DNA of 63,237 nucleotides, filler included, from Octopus bimaculoides (taxonomy: Eukaryota), in assembly GCF_001194135.2 (NCBI RefSeq). It is 5 parts of 4 records of this genome, joined end to end, with 100 filler letters (N's around TTAATTAATTAA, not from the genome) between each part and the next. Parts side by side here need not be neighbours in the genome. Positions count along the whole stretch, not along the records: positions 61,916 to 63,237 come from NW_026314733.1; 4 more parts are not named here. One strand, written 5' to 3'. The first letter of the stretch is position 1; every line of letters begins with the position of its first letter. The position numbers and the translations under genes are program-made. The notes under the pieces were generated by a model. That model saw only the letters and a list, made by a program, of their open reading frames with translations. It was not told the DNA's origin and searched no databases. Positions 62,897 to 63,237 of this stretch are shown in pieces.

Positions 62897-63237
62897 TCAT
62901 CATCATCCTTTAACGTCTGTTTTCCATGCCGGCATGGGTTGGATGGTGTAACTGAGGACTGGCAAGCCAGGAGGCTGCACCAGGCTCTAATCTGATCTGG
63001 CAAGGTTTCTACAGATGGATGCCCCTCCTAACGCCAACCACTCTCAGAGTGTAGTGGATGCTTTTTACATTCCACTGGCACAGGGGCCAGTCAGGTGGCA
63101 CTGGCATCAGCCACACTCAAATGGTGCCTTTTACATGCCAGCGCATGGGAGCCAGTCAGGCAGCACTGGCATCAACCATATATACATCTATATCATCATC
63201 ATCGTTTAACGTCTGCTTTCCATGCTAGCATGGGTTG
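62897..63237 (-). mobile_element. Two tandem RTE-related 3' ends (LINE or SINE) with (GAT)n tails; the second is cut by the window edge
   Basis: tcatcatcatc.tttaacgtctg.tttccatgc..gcatgggttg at 62897 and 63193. Confidence 0.65.

Overview
AT-rich animal genomic DNA packed with microsatellites, tRNA-derived SINEs and decayed transposons, with many N gaps. The repeat landscape looks like an Octopus (coleoid cephalopod) draft assembly; this is my inference, not a database result. The only well-supported host coding sequence is two minus-strand exons (59110-58779 and 58664-58346, joined by a 114-bp GT-AG intron) encoding the ankyrin-repeat and TRP_2 N-terminus of a TRPC-family cation channel. I found neither its start exon nor any downstream transmembrane exons, so most of the window is probably intronic, or the gene is broken by unsized scaffold gaps. 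Recognisable transposon relics: a HERO-type restriction-like-endonuclease (REL) LINE, an R4/Dong-type REL LINE end sitting in an (ACAT)n microsatellite, two RTE LINEs, several Penelope-like element (PLE) pieces (one probably Naiad-type, some with hammerhead-like motifs), Tc1 and DD37D (maT) mariner relics and MITEs. Notable structures are a perfect 145-bp-arm inverted repeat, a perfect 33-bp-arm hairpin and one orphan exon candidate at about 18.7 kb. Nearly all ORFs in the supplied track are microsatellite or N-gap artefacts. I see no CRISPR, rRNA or true tRNA genes, and no clear evidence of a wholly new biological system; the leads below are hypotheses. SINE family labels A-E are my own working names and most repeat boundaries are approximate (within about 20 bp).
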